The notes beneath the pieces were generated by a model. That model was not told the origin of the DNA. It did not search any database and saw nothing but the letters and a program-made list of their open reading frames with translations. Shown here piece after piece: positions 30,601 through 38,725 of a DNA stretch of 53,384 nt; the stretch's first letter is position 1, and each line of letters begins with the position of its first letter. The stretch covers positions 1-53,384 of IMG/VR virus record IMGVR_UViG_3300043451_000038. One strand, written 5' to 3'. The translations under genes and the position numbers were made by a program. Origin of the DNA: a virus (lineage: Duplodnaviria > Caudoviricetes).

Positions 30601-30927
30601 ACAACTACTGCTACTACTATCAATATCGCTAACACAGTTGCTACAACAGTCAACCTAGGCGGTGCCGCTACAGTGAACATAAGTAGCTCAGGCAACACAA
30701 CAAACATTCTAGGCGCACTAATTACGGCACAAACTACAACCTTGAACGGCGCAGTAGTTCTAACCGGCGCATTTGGTCAGTCAGTACCTACTTCTGCCGC
30801 AGATACCGGCGTACAAGGCGAGATCAGAATGTTCAACAACGCTGGCAACAGCACAGTTGATGTATACATCTGCGTAGCTACCAACCAGTGGATCAGAACC
30901 GAACTAGCACACGCTTCGCCGTTCTAA
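27604..30927 (+). CDS. Second tail-fibre-like protein, paralogous to 3632-11356
   Basis: AQPNITSLGTL and GDLAVNGGDITTT...NLGGAAT repeats and a DP.I.LG...DRG..L.YYD module shared with the long fibre. Confidence 0.8.
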   Translation: MPAQNNPIQKLGGGSLDPAELAILQKNGDVTILETDKNIYVTAIREEVLNQKVVKKYVDEFNTVTTYVNSPGGSTNGQIQYYKDGGFEAVTQLMFDESRSDLTVFGNIRGNNFVTSYEVSANTISAVDVNATGNVTVNQNLLVQSSGGTPTMYFRVTSSNTDTYGNLNAFGNVTVGNSFVNRTLTVNGNLTTTNANLGNLVSANYIEGVLVTSAQPNLTSAATTLTVGNIRIEGNRAATATTPQYITTLVNNTPLALSVPTASGNREFTLYSTGNIVLPDNSSGNSALKSTAANGLLFVANVDAGGSTAGEQTMQLTALGNLRVPNTVVASTFEGVFNTNSNAQPNITSLGTLTGLTVGNATANSIFGNGTILSGNVTAGIIGNALSNVNGNVGTFVTANITSTDSSVPAANIQGILQVVGNTILGGATTRTTVNGTLLVAGNMVVAGTYHTENVSDLVVVDPTITLGAALDSSNRATAHSTATSGDRGLELRYYDTADATAFIGMNNTGNFRVVKSGYGATEVLANLTVNVLNASNITGATVTGNIVNGTSSVNVAASGNVTLFAAGNATVISTDTGANITGYLTATGNITTTANFMGVLANTTSSVAIPAAAGNVVITSAGNATATITGTGANITGHVTATGNITGANLVGTLANGTSTISIVNNGAVTVSVAGSSNASFDTNGLTITNDLDVDGNITTTMIAATLTNSIATSASNVVLTATTANISAGSTADVVSVSATGVTTSNVTTTGDVAINGGDLTTTATTFNLVNATATTLNIGGAATTVAIGAATGTATFGNALVVTANASAANFNTAGQVVATGNVTGGNIVTAGDVAVNGGDITTTATTFNLANTIATTVNAFGSATAVNIGAAGSTTALGGGMMIAGDIVPAAGTTSVAIANTVATTVNLGGAATTLNMGATTGTTTIGNALVVTGNASAANFSTAGDLAVNGGDITSTSATLNVGASGNTVAMLGALTVAQNATVTGDLGVNGGDITTTATTINIANTVATTVNLGGAATVNISSSGNTTNILGALITAQTTTLNGAVVLTGAFGQSVPTSAADTGVQGEIRMFNNAGNSTVDVYICVATNQWIRTELAHASPF

Positions 30928-30944
30928 TCTACACTACCAAGAAT

Positions 30945-30971
30945 AACAGGGCCCAGGCCCTGTTTTCTTTT
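30945..30971 (+). terminator. Intrinsic terminator
   Basis: AACAGGGC-ccag-GCCCTGTT followed by ttctttt. Confidence 0.85.
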
Positions 30972-31000
30972 GCCTGACTTAAACTGATAAATACATTATT

Positions 31001-31156
31001 ATGAGAATAAAAGACATACTACCAGAGGAAAAATTCATTCCTAGTAAAGACCGAAAGCCTGCCAGCGATAAAATTGGCCAGAAAAAATCGGAAACAAGGG
31101 ATCTAGGCAAGCGTGGCAAAACAGGTGACCTACTGGATAAGAAATCGAAAGAATAA
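31001..31156 (+). CDS. Small basic late protein (51 aa, MRIKDILPEE...)
   Basis: Translated by hand; TAAATA 30988-30993 is 7 nt before the ATG; stop lies 1 nt before the dps start. Confidence 0.6.
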   Translation: MRIKDILPEEKFIPSKDRKPASDKIGQKKSETRDLGKRGKTGDLLDKKSKE

Positions 31157-31157
31157 T

Positions 31158-31601
31158 ATGTTAGCAGAACAACTTAAAATCATTCAAGCAAGCGCAGTCT
31201 CTTTCTATTTGAAAGCTAAGAACTTTCACTGGAACGTAGAGGGCAAAAACTTCCGCGAGTATCATGGTCTCTTTGACGAAATCGCAGACGAAGTATTCGA
31301 CAACACGGTAGATAGAGCCGCTGAGTTTGTTCGTGTACTCGATCAATACGCACCAGGTAGTTTACTCCGTATGAGAGAATTATCTATCATTGAAGATCAA
31401 ACTAAAGTACCACGTGCCGAGCTAATGATTCAAGAGCTATATGCCGACAACGAGAAAATGTCTGCTATGCTCAAAGAAGCATTTACTATTGCTGAAGAAG
31501 CAAACGAACAAGGCATCGCTAACTTTATCGCTGAGCGCATTGATGCTCATGGCAAACACGGCTGGTTCTTACGATCAGTATTAAAAACAGAAAGAGAATA
31601 A
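31158..31601 (+). CDS. dps: Dps / DNA-binding ferritin-like protein
   Basis: FHWNVEG.NF..YH.LF, DRAAE, KH.WFL motifs. Confidence 0.92.
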   Translation: MLAEQLKIIQASAVSFYLKAKNFHWNVEGKNFREYHGLFDEIADEVFDNTVDRAAEFVRVLDQYAPGSLLRMRELSIIEDQTKVPRAELMIQELYADNEKMSAMLKEAFTIAEEANEQGIANFIAERIDAHGKHGWFLRSVLKTERE

Positions 31602-31602
31602 A

Positions 31603-32823
31603 ATGCGTTATTATGAATTATTAGAGTCAAAGAAGAAATCAGGTATCAAGATTATGTCACCTGAAGAGTTTGTTGCGCAATCAACAACCGAAGAACTAGA
31701 AGAAGACTTGCTAGGTGCGCAAGCTCGTGAATTTGGTGATCAAGAGTTTCAAGACTACATGACACGCATCAAGGGTACAGACGATATTGATAAGAAAACA
31801 GGTCAAGTCAAAGTAGATAAGAAAGGTATTCCTAAATACACTTCTGGTAAGACTAAGACAGACAAGTATAAGTTGCCATACATGCATCGTAGTTCTGTTA
31901 TCACATACTATGATGAAAAGGGTCAACGCTATGATGAAAACAAAGTAATCGCTGAGTTGAAGCAACGTCCTAAATCACTACTAAAGCAAAACGAAAAGAT
32001 GAAACATTCTAATGGTGAATTAGAACAGTTCTTCAACGTTGGCTTCGCCGCACTAACTGGCATAGCAGTAGACGAATCAAAAGACAAACTAGTAATCGTA
32101 AACACATGCCCAGGTGCTGGCAGTTGTAAAGTTGACTGCTTTGCTATGAAGGGCGGCAAAGTACAATTCAAGAACGCATGGGTTAGTGATGGTAAGATTC
32201 TTACATATCTATTAAATGATCCAGATGGTTTCTTCAATCAACTAAGTAGTGAAATTGCAAAAGAAGAAAAGCTGGGCGATAAAGGTGGTTATGAAGTAAC
32301 TATTCGTTGGCACGATGCCGGTGACTTCTTTAGTCCAGAATACTTAGATATGGCTATGAAGATGGCCGCAAAGCATCCAGGTGTTAAGTTCTATGCCTAC
32401 ACTAAGATGGCTAATGCTGCCTTAGCTAAGAAGCCAGGTAACTTTATTATTAACTGGAGTGAGGGCGCACACACATCACAAGAGAAACAAGTTAAAGCAG
32501 CCGATCCTGAATTAGACACAACTAAGAATTCCCGCATTGTTCCAGATGAAATTTTCCAAGATTTGCTAATCAAAGATCAAAAAGGCAACTTAGTAAAAGG
32601 ACCAAATGGACAATGGCAAGTTCAGCCAGATAAACTATCACAACTAAAACAACGCCTAGCACAGAAGTATAAGTTGAGTCCAAGTAGTATTCTTTCTTAT
32701 GACGAATATACAAGCAAACCTAAAATTTCTGGCATGAAATATAATGTGATTGTTGCTCCTGGTGAAGGTGACATTAGCGCAAATGATCCTAATGTTATTA
32801 GCACACTATTACTACGACACTAA
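31603..32823 (+). CDS. GP88-like (radical-SAM-related Fe-S) phage protein with N-terminal extension
   Basis: CPGAGSCKVDCFA three-Cys motif, IRWHDAGDF, FYAYTK. Confidence 0.65.
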   Translation: MRYYELLESKKKSGIKIMSPEEFVAQSTTEELEEDLLGAQAREFGDQEFQDYMTRIKGTDDIDKKTGQVKVDKKGIPKYTSGKTKTDKYKLPYMHRSSVITYYDEKGQRYDENKVIAELKQRPKSLLKQNEKMKHSNGELEQFFNVGFAALTGIAVDESKDKLVIVNTCPGAGSCKVDCFAMKGGKVQFKNAWVSDGKILTYLLNDPDGFFNQLSSEIAKEEKLGDKGGYEVTIRWHDAGDFFSPEYLDMAMKMAAKHPGVKFYAYTKMANAALAKKPGNFIINWSEGAHTSQEKQVKAADPELDTTKNSRIVPDEIFQDLLIKDQKGNLVKGPNGQWQVQPDKLSQLKQRLAQKYKLSPSSILSYDEYTSKPKISGMKYNVIVAPGEGDISANDPNVISTLLLRH

Positions 32824-32824
32824 A

Positions 32825-33085
32825 ATGAGAGCTAACGAATTCATCAACGAAGCCAGCGTTGGCATGATGCAACGCCGTAGATTACAACAGCGTCAGCAAC
32901 GATATGCTAACGCTCAACGTACTGGTTTGTGGTTCAAAGGCTATCGCTGTACTAAAGACTGTAGTGGTCACAAAGCTGGTTACAACTGGGCAAAACAAAA
33001 AGGCGTAACAGCAACGAATCAATGTAAATTAGGAAACAGTAATTCATTTTGGGAAGGCTGTAGAGCCTGCGGAGAAGGCAAATAA
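32825..33085 (+). CDS. Small Cys-containing hypothetical protein
   Basis: MRANEFINEA...CTKDCSGHKAGYNWA...SFWEGC; ATG 32825 in frame with ORF 32750. Confidence 0.7.
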   Translation: MRANEFINEASVGMMQRRRLQQRQQRYANAQRTGLWFKGYRCTKDCSGHKAGYNWAKQKGVTATNQCKLGNSNSFWEGCRACGEGK

Positions 33086-33087
33086 AG

Positions 33088-33181
33088 AACACCCTACCTT
33101 AGGACCTTAACGGTACTCCGGGTGACCCGCCTGCTGGGTTGAGAACGTGGGAGTCGTGCCCCAACACTCAGAAGTGAGGAC
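33088..33181 (+). ncRNA. Candidate structured RNA of unknown class
   Basis: GC-rich intergenic segment with stems CACCC/GGGTG, ACCC/GGGT, TGAG..TGGG/CCCA..CTCA and a possible CCTTA/TGAGG pseudoknot; no U-tract. Confidence 0.45.
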
Positions 33182-33191
33182 TAAATATAAT

Positions 33192-34847
33192 ATGCGCTAT
33201 AACGAATTCGTCAACGAAGCAATCAACACAATACACTTGGAAAAGCCTATTGAAATGGCAATCAAGTCTGGTATCGCTCGTGCTATTGGAAATTTGTATA
33301 GCGTGAAGGGTAAACATGAGACTGAAGAAGCTGAATTTGACGAAGGCTTCACTAATGGCTTATTCAAAGAGTTTAAGAAGGTATTACTTGAGCCTAACAA
33401 TATGGAAGGCATGGGTTGGTCGATTTCAAAAGAAGTTGTAGAAGTACTCAACAAAGAAACCAGAGTAGCTTATAAGTTTGCCGATACTAAAGATGCCGGA
33501 GGCACCGCGCAAGATATCTTTATTGAAATCAGCGATAAGTTTGTACCAAGATTAACTAAACGCATCTTAGACATTCTTCAGACCATCATATTAGACAACT
33601 ATGGTGAGTATGAGCTAATCGACGGCCTGTGGTTTGTTATACGCTCTATCGGCGCTAAAGACAGAGAGTATATGTACAGTTTGTACAATGACAAGTACAC
33701 TGAGAAAACTATCGACCAAATAGTAACTACTACGATACACGAGTTAGTACACGTAACTCAACATAATAGACAAAACGAAATTGGTAGATACGAGAAAGAG
33801 CACGAGTATCGTAGTTACTTAGACAAGAAGAAAGGTGAATTTGTCAATATTCATAAAAAGCGAGCGGCCGTCCAACAACGGAAGATTTATGTTGATATGG
33901 ACGGTGTCATTGCTGATTTTAATTCGGATTTTGAAAAGTTCGGCAATGATATAAAAAAATTGGCTGCTAGTGACCCCGAAACTATTTACGAATTCTATAG
34001 GAATCTTAAACCATTGACGGATGGCATGAAGCTAGTAAAGTATCTACAATATAATAATTTAGATTTTGAATTCTTGAGTGCCCCCCTGCGAAAAAATACC
34101 AAAAACGATGACCGTGGTTCAGAAGCAAGTAAACTAGCAAAAGTTGAATGGATAAAACATTACGTTCCTGGATACGAAGACAAAGTTTCGTTTACATCAA
34201 ACAAAAGTGAATATGCCGGCAGTGATAATATATTAATTGATGATAGGGATACTTTCTTGAAACCATGGATTAAATCTGGTGGTATAGGAATCCATTATAA
34301 AAATTATAATTCTACCATTGAAGAGTTGAAAAAAATTCTATTAAATAGCTATCCGAAAGATGATAGCCATGATAGTGAGACATCTTCTAGTGATGAGGAG
34401 AACGAAGGATACGATAAGTTGTATAGTGATGAGGAGGACGAAAGATACAATAAGTTGTATAGAGCAAGTCCTCAAGAAATTGCCGCCTTCTCCCACCAAA
34501 TCGCATTAAAGATGGTTAAAGATTTCAACGTTACTGATGCTACTGATCCAGAAGACCTGAAGTATATGGCATCTGCTATCAGTGCGGAAAGTATTATCGA
34601 TTACGTCACTACTGAAGTAGGTAGATATTATCGTAATCCTGAAAATAGAAAAGAATACGAGGTGTTCAAACGCTATATAAAAATGGTATACAGTGAAATT
34701 CAGGCATATCTAGTCAAGCGTAAAGAGTATCTATCTAAAACTCTCAACGAACGTGCTATCGGCAAAAAGATGGGACATGACTTGTATAGACCCACAACGA
34801 CTAAAAGTGGTTACAAAAAACTTCTAATTGGACAACAAACCGCGTAA
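33192..34847 (+). CDS. HExxH metallopeptidase-like protein with embedded HAD nucleotidase domain
   Basis: TIHELVH (HELVH at 33738-33752); KIYVDMDGVIADF...LSA...K...LIDDR (about 33880-34340); then YRASPQEIAAF. Confidence 0.7.
   Translation: MRYNEFVNEAINTIHLEKPIEMAIKSGIARAIGNLYSVKGKHETEEAEFDEGFTNGLFKEFKKVLLEPNNMEGMGWSISKEVVEVLNKETRVAYKFADTKDAGGTAQDIFIEISDKFVPRLTKRILDILQTIILDNYGEYELIDGLWFVIRSIGAKDREYMYSLYNDKYTEKTIDQIVTTTIHELVHVTQHNRQNEIGRYEKEHEYRSYLDKKKGEFVNIHKKRAAVQQRKIYVDMDGVIADFNSDFEKFGNDIKKLAASDPETIYEFYRNLKPLTDGMKLVKYLQYNNLDFEFLSAPLRKNTKNDDRGSEASKLAKVEWIKHYVPGYEDKVSFTSNKSEYAGSDNILIDDRDTFLKPWIKSGGIGIHYKNYNSTIEELKKILLNSYPKDDSHDSETSSSDEENEGYDKLYSDEEDERYNKLYRASPQEIAAFSHQIALKMVKDFNVTDATDPEDLKYMASAISAESIIDYVTTEVGRYYRNPENRKEYEVFKRYIKMVYSEIQAYLVKRKEYLSKTLNERAIGKKMGHDLYRPTTTKSGYKKLLIGQQTA
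34388..34462 (+). repeat. 36-bp tandem duplication (SDEENEGYDKLY / SDEEDERYNKLY)
   Basis: 34388-34423 vs 34424-34459, 3 mismatches. Confidence 0.9.
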
Positions 34848-34853
34848 AGTCTA

Positions 34854-34881
34854 TTGACTCTTTGACATCCTGTGTTATACT
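34854..34881 (+). promoter_or_regulatory. sigma70-like promoter
   Basis: TTGACT 34854-34859, 16-nt spacer, TATACT 34876-34881. Confidence 0.65.
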
Positions 34882-34910
34882 AAATCATTGTCTAACACTA
34901 AGGAGTAACA

Positions 34911-35210
34911 ATGTCAAATGACGCAATGGACGTAAGCGGTAACTACCAAGAAGAAAACGTAACTTTCTCTGGTGACCAAAAAATCAAACTCAATCAAGTC
35001 ATGAAAGAAGGTATGCAGATTCTTCATGAAGTTGATACACTAACAGAAGGCTTGAACGACACTATCAAAGCAGTCGCCGAAGAGCTAAACATCAAACCAG
35101 CTATCCTCAAGAAAGCTATCAAAATTGCCCACAAAGCAGAATTCGGTCAAACCCAACGTGACCACTCAGTACTCGAAACCATTCTAGAAGCAACAGGTAA
35201 GACTCTCTAA
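34911..35210 (+). CDS. Small dsDNA-binding protein-like (T4 DsbA/GapR-like helical family)
   Basis: LNDTIKAVAEELNIKPAILKKAIKIAHK pattern; AAGGAG RBS; coupled to the polymerase. Confidence 0.5.
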   Translation: MSNDAMDVSGNYQEENVTFSGDQKIKLNQVMKEGMQILHEVDTLTEGLNDTIKAVAEELNIKPAILKKAIKIAHKAEFGQTQRDHSVLETILEATGKTL

Positions 35211-37924
35211 TGTCATACGTGGACGCATTTCACGAGCGAAGTAAAGATATCATTCACGTTGTAGAACGTGATAAAAATGGTCGCAGAATCTTTCAACAAT
35301 TCGCTCCTAACTATACCTTTTACTATGCCGATCCTCGCGGCAAGTTTCGTGGTGTGGATGGTCAGTCGCTAACCAAAGTATCGACCAACAAGCGTGACGA
35401 GTTTCAGAAAGAAGTCAGACTCAACAGCCGTAAGAAGTTGTATGAGTCTGACATCAGTCCTGTATTTCGTTGTTTAGAAGATAACTATCTCAACTCAGAT
35501 GTACCTAAACTACACACTTGTTTCTTTGACATTGAGGTTGACTTTGACCCTGAGCGTGGCTTCGCACCGCCAGATGATCCGTTCAACCAAATCACTGCTA
35601 TCACTATGTACTTAGACTGGGCAGAAACACTGATCACCCTCTGTATTCCGCCTAAGCATATGAGTCCTGAGTCTGCTGAGGGCATTGTAGCGCAATTCGA
35701 AAACACCTATCTAGTCGCTAACGAAACAGAAATGTTCAATATGTTCTTTGACATTATTGAAGATGCTGATGTACTTACTGGCTGGAACTCAAGCGGTTTC
35801 GATATTCCCTACATGGTCAATCGTGTTACTCGTGTTATGAGTAAAGACGATACTCGTCGCTTCTGCTTATGGAAACAACTTCCTAAGAAACGCAAGTACA
35901 TGAAGTTCGACCAAGAAGAAGAAACATACGACTTGATCGGCCGTGTTCACATGGACTATCTTGAACTCTACAAGAAGTACAACTATGAATCTCGCCACTC
36001 ATACAAACTCGACTTCATTGGTGAGATGGAAATTGGCGAGACTAAGACTCAGTACGAAGGTACCCTAGACCAGCTTTACAACAAAGACTGGAAGACATTC
36101 TTAGAATACAACAGACAAGATACTATGTTGTTATTCAAGATTCATGACAAGCTAAAGTTCTTAGACTTGGCATGTAGTATTGCCCATCAGAACACAGTGT
36201 TGCTACAAACAGCAATGGGTTCTGTAGCTCTAATCGAGCAGGCAGTAATTAACGAGGCCCACGAACGTGGATTAATGGTTCCTAACAAACAGAGAGATAC
36301 AAATGATTTCGACAGCGATGACGAAGAACAGAACGATGACGGGGCGGTCGGTGCCTATGTTGCTTATCCCAAAAAGGGAATGCACGAGTGGATCGCCGCA
36401 GTCGACCTTAACTCACTCTACCCTTCAACAATCCGTGCCCTCAACATGGCACCAGAAACCATTGTCGGGCAGATCCGTCCCGTACTTACTGACAGGTATA
36501 TTGCCGAAAAGATGAAGAACCCGAAAGTTTCATTTGCGGCTGCGTGGGAAGGCGTGTTCGGCGCCCTAGAATACACAGCAGTAATGAATCAAGAGCGTGG
36601 TACTATCTTAACTATTGATTGGGAAGCCGGCGGTAGTGATGAACTATCAGCCGCAGAAGCGTGGCAACTAATCTTTAACAGCAATCAACCATGGATGCTA
36701 AGTGCTAACGGTACTATCTTTAGTTACAAGACCGAGGGTGTTATCCCTGGTCTACTAACAAAGTGGTACAGTGAGCGTAAAGAGCTACAGAAGAAAGCCA
36801 AGAACGCTACAGACAAAGAAGAGTTTGAATACTATGACAAGCGCCAGCTAGTTCGTAAGATTCTATTGAACTCAGCCTACGGCGCCCTCTTGAACAAGCA
36901 TTGTCGTTTCTATGATAAGCGCATCGGTCAGTCAACAACTCTAACCGGTCGTCAGATTGTTAAGCATATGTCAGCGTATCTAAATGAAGCGATTGCTGGT
37001 GAGTATGATCACACGGGCGAATCAATCATCTATAACGATACTGACTCCGCCTACTTCTCAGCTTGGCCTATCTTGCGCAAAGACAAAGAGATGGCAAAGA
37101 ACTGGAACAAAGATACCGCTATTGAGATTTACGATCAACTAGGCGAATCAGTCAACAGTTCTTTCCCTGAGTTTATGGAACGTGCTTTCCATTGCCCACG
37201 TAAGAACGGTGAGATTATCAAAGCTGGTCGAGAAATCGTAGCAGATCGTGGCATCTTTGTGACCAAGAAGAAGTACGCAGTAAACGTGTATGACAAAGAA
37301 GGCAAGCGTAAAGACAAAGAAGGCAAGATGGGTGACGTAAAAGTTACGGGTCTTGATATCAAGCGTAGTGATACGCCTAAGTTCATTCAAGAATTCTTGA
37401 TGAAGATTCTAACTCTTGTGCTTGCTGGTCGTGAGCGTGAAGAAGTTGTGGCCGCTATTCGTGAATTCAAAGAGTACTTACAGACTCTACAACCTTGGGA
37501 GAAGGGCTCACCTAAGGGCATTAAGAAGCTGACTTCGTATGAGGAAAAGATGGCAAAGTCGGCAAGTTCTCAGTTCGGCAAACTAGCAGAGAAGATCAAC
37601 ATGCCTGGTCACACTCGTGCCTCTATCAACTGGAACTATCTACGTAGAATGAATGGTGACAACTACTCGATGAAGATTGTCGATGGTATGAAGATTGTGG
37701 TTTGTAAACTCAAAGACAATCCACTTGGTATCACATCAATCGCTTATCCCGTTGACGAGATTCGCCTACCAGATTGGTTCAAAGAACTACCATTTGATGA
37801 TGCCGCTATGGAACAAGCACTCGTTGATGAAAAGATTGAGAACATTATCGGTGTACTCAACTGGAATCTACGAGAGACTACCAACATTCGTAGCACCTTC
37901 CAAGACTTATTCAGTTTTGAGTAA
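35210..37924 (+). CDS. Family B DNA polymerase (T4 gp43-like)
   Basis: Exo motifs DIEV, GWNS.GFDIPY, YN.QD; pol motifs DLNSLYPS, KILLNSAYG, YNDTDS, KKKY. Confidence 0.96.
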   Translation: MSYVDAFHERSKDIIHVVERDKNGRRIFQQFAPNYTFYYADPRGKFRGVDGQSLTKVSTNKRDEFQKEVRLNSRKKLYESDISPVFRCLEDNYLNSDVPKLHTCFFDIEVDFDPERGFAPPDDPFNQITAITMYLDWAETLITLCIPPKHMSPESAEGIVAQFENTYLVANETEMFNMFFDIIEDADVLTGWNSSGFDIPYMVNRVTRVMSKDDTRRFCLWKQLPKKRKYMKFDQEEETYDLIGRVHMDYLELYKKYNYESRHSYKLDFIGEMEIGETKTQYEGTLDQLYNKDWKTFLEYNRQDTMLLFKIHDKLKFLDLACSIAHQNTVLLQTAMGSVALIEQAVINEAHERGLMVPNKQRDTNDFDSDDEEQNDDGAVGAYVAYPKKGMHEWIAAVDLNSLYPSTIRALNMAPETIVGQIRPVLTDRYIAEKMKNPKVSFAAAWEGVFGALEYTAVMNQERGTILTIDWEAGGSDELSAAEAWQLIFNSNQPWMLSANGTIFSYKTEGVIPGLLTKWYSERKELQKKAKNATDKEEFEYYDKRQLVRKILLNSAYGALLNKHCRFYDKRIGQSTTLTGRQIVKHMSAYLNEAIAGEYDHTGESIIYNDTDSAYFSAWPILRKDKEMAKNWNKDTAIEIYDQLGESVNSSFPEFMERAFHCPRKNGEIIKAGREIVADRGIFVTKKKYAVNVYDKEGKRKDKEGKMGDVKVTGLDIKRSDTPKFIQEFLMKILTLVLAGREREEVVAAIREFKEYLQTLQPWEKGSPKGIKKLTSYEEKMAKSASSQFGKLAEKINMPGHTRASINWNYLRRMNGDNYSMKIVDGMKIVVCKLKDNPLGITSIAYPVDEIRLPDWFKELPFDDAAMEQALVDEKIENIIGVLNWNLRETTNIRSTFQDLFSFE

Positions 37925-37927
37925 TTC

Positions 37928-37967
37928 ATCCAAAAAATGTTGACTAAACTATCAACTCATATATAAT
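37928..37967 (+). promoter_or_regulatory. sigma70-like promoter with TCCAAAA box
   Basis: TTGACT 37940-37945, 16-nt spacer, TATAAT 37962-37967. Confidence 0.7.
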
Positions 37968-37990
37968 TAACACTATCAAAGGAAATTAAA

Positions 37991-38722
37991 ATGAAAGATC
38001 ACTTACAAGACCTTATCGCCCATACTAATCAAATGGGCTTCGTTGACCTTATCAAAGTAACAGGCAACAGCAACGAGACTAAAATCAATGCTATTGCGGA
38101 TGACCGTACGGTCATCGTTAGTGGTAAGTTCAAAACACCACACGCATCATTCATCGGCACATACGGCTTGCCTAATCTAAGCAAGTTGCGCACGATTCTA
38201 AGTTTCGAAGACTATGAAACCGACGCAGTTGTTGAAATGAAAACACAAGATCGTGATGGTGAGCAAGTACCTAGCTACATTCACTTTGCTACTAAGAAGG
38301 GCGACTTCGTTAACGACTATCGCTTAATGAGTCAAGGCATCGTAGAAGAAAAAGTCAAGGCAGTAAAGTTCGCAGGCGCTACATGGAACGTAGAGTTCGC
38401 ACCGCAAGTTGCTAACATTCAGCGTATGAAACGTCAAGCTACCGCTAACAACGATGAAATGACATTCGTTACTAAGACTGAGAAGGGCGACCTAAAAGTT
38501 TACTTCGGTGATGTTTCATCACACAGTGGTAACTTTATTTTCGAACCCGCAGTTCAAGGCACCCTATCAAAAGGCTGGGCATGGCCAGTTAAGCAGTTCC
38601 TATCAATCATGGATCTACAAGGCGACAAGAAGATTTACATCAGTGACCAAGGCGCTATGAAGATTACAGTTGACAGCGGCATTGCTGAATACGAATACTT
38701 ACTACCAGCACAACAACGCTAA
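37991..38722 (+). CDS. Putative DNA sliding clamp (gp45/PCNA-like)
   Basis: 243 aa, alpha/beta pattern ending YEYLLPA; directly after the polymerase; clamp loader present in the window. Confidence 0.65.
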   Translation: MKDHLQDLIAHTNQMGFVDLIKVTGNSNETKINAIADDRTVIVSGKFKTPHASFIGTYGLPNLSKLRTILSFEDYETDAVVEMKTQDRDGEQVPSYIHFATKKGDFVNDYRLMSQGIVEEKVKAVKFAGATWNVEFAPQVANIQRMKRQATANNDEMTFVTKTEKGDLKVYFGDVSSHSGNFIFEPAVQGTLSKGWAWPVKQFLSIMDLQGDKKIYISDQGAMKITVDSGIAEYEYLLPAQQR

Positions 38723-38725
38723 GCA

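Noticed and set aside
3632-30927. Diversity-generating retroelement acting on the fibre genes
   Set aside because: No reverse transcriptase in the window and no template/variable repeat pair with adenine-specific mismatches seen.
31113-31157. ORF-track upstream starts (31113, 17631, 20130, 23872, 24547, 32750, 33147, 44449 and other array GTG starts)
   Set aside because: Downstream ATGs fit the RBS, promoter spacing, overlap pattern or domain boundary better.
33088-33181. tRNA, hammerhead ribozyme or terminator
   Set aside because: No TTC-type T-loop or acceptor stem, no CUGAUGA/GAAA core and no U-tract; kept only as an unknown structured RNA.
35210-37924. Intein or intron in the DNA polymerase
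   Set aside because: 904 aa with normally spaced motifs; no intein signatures or interruption.
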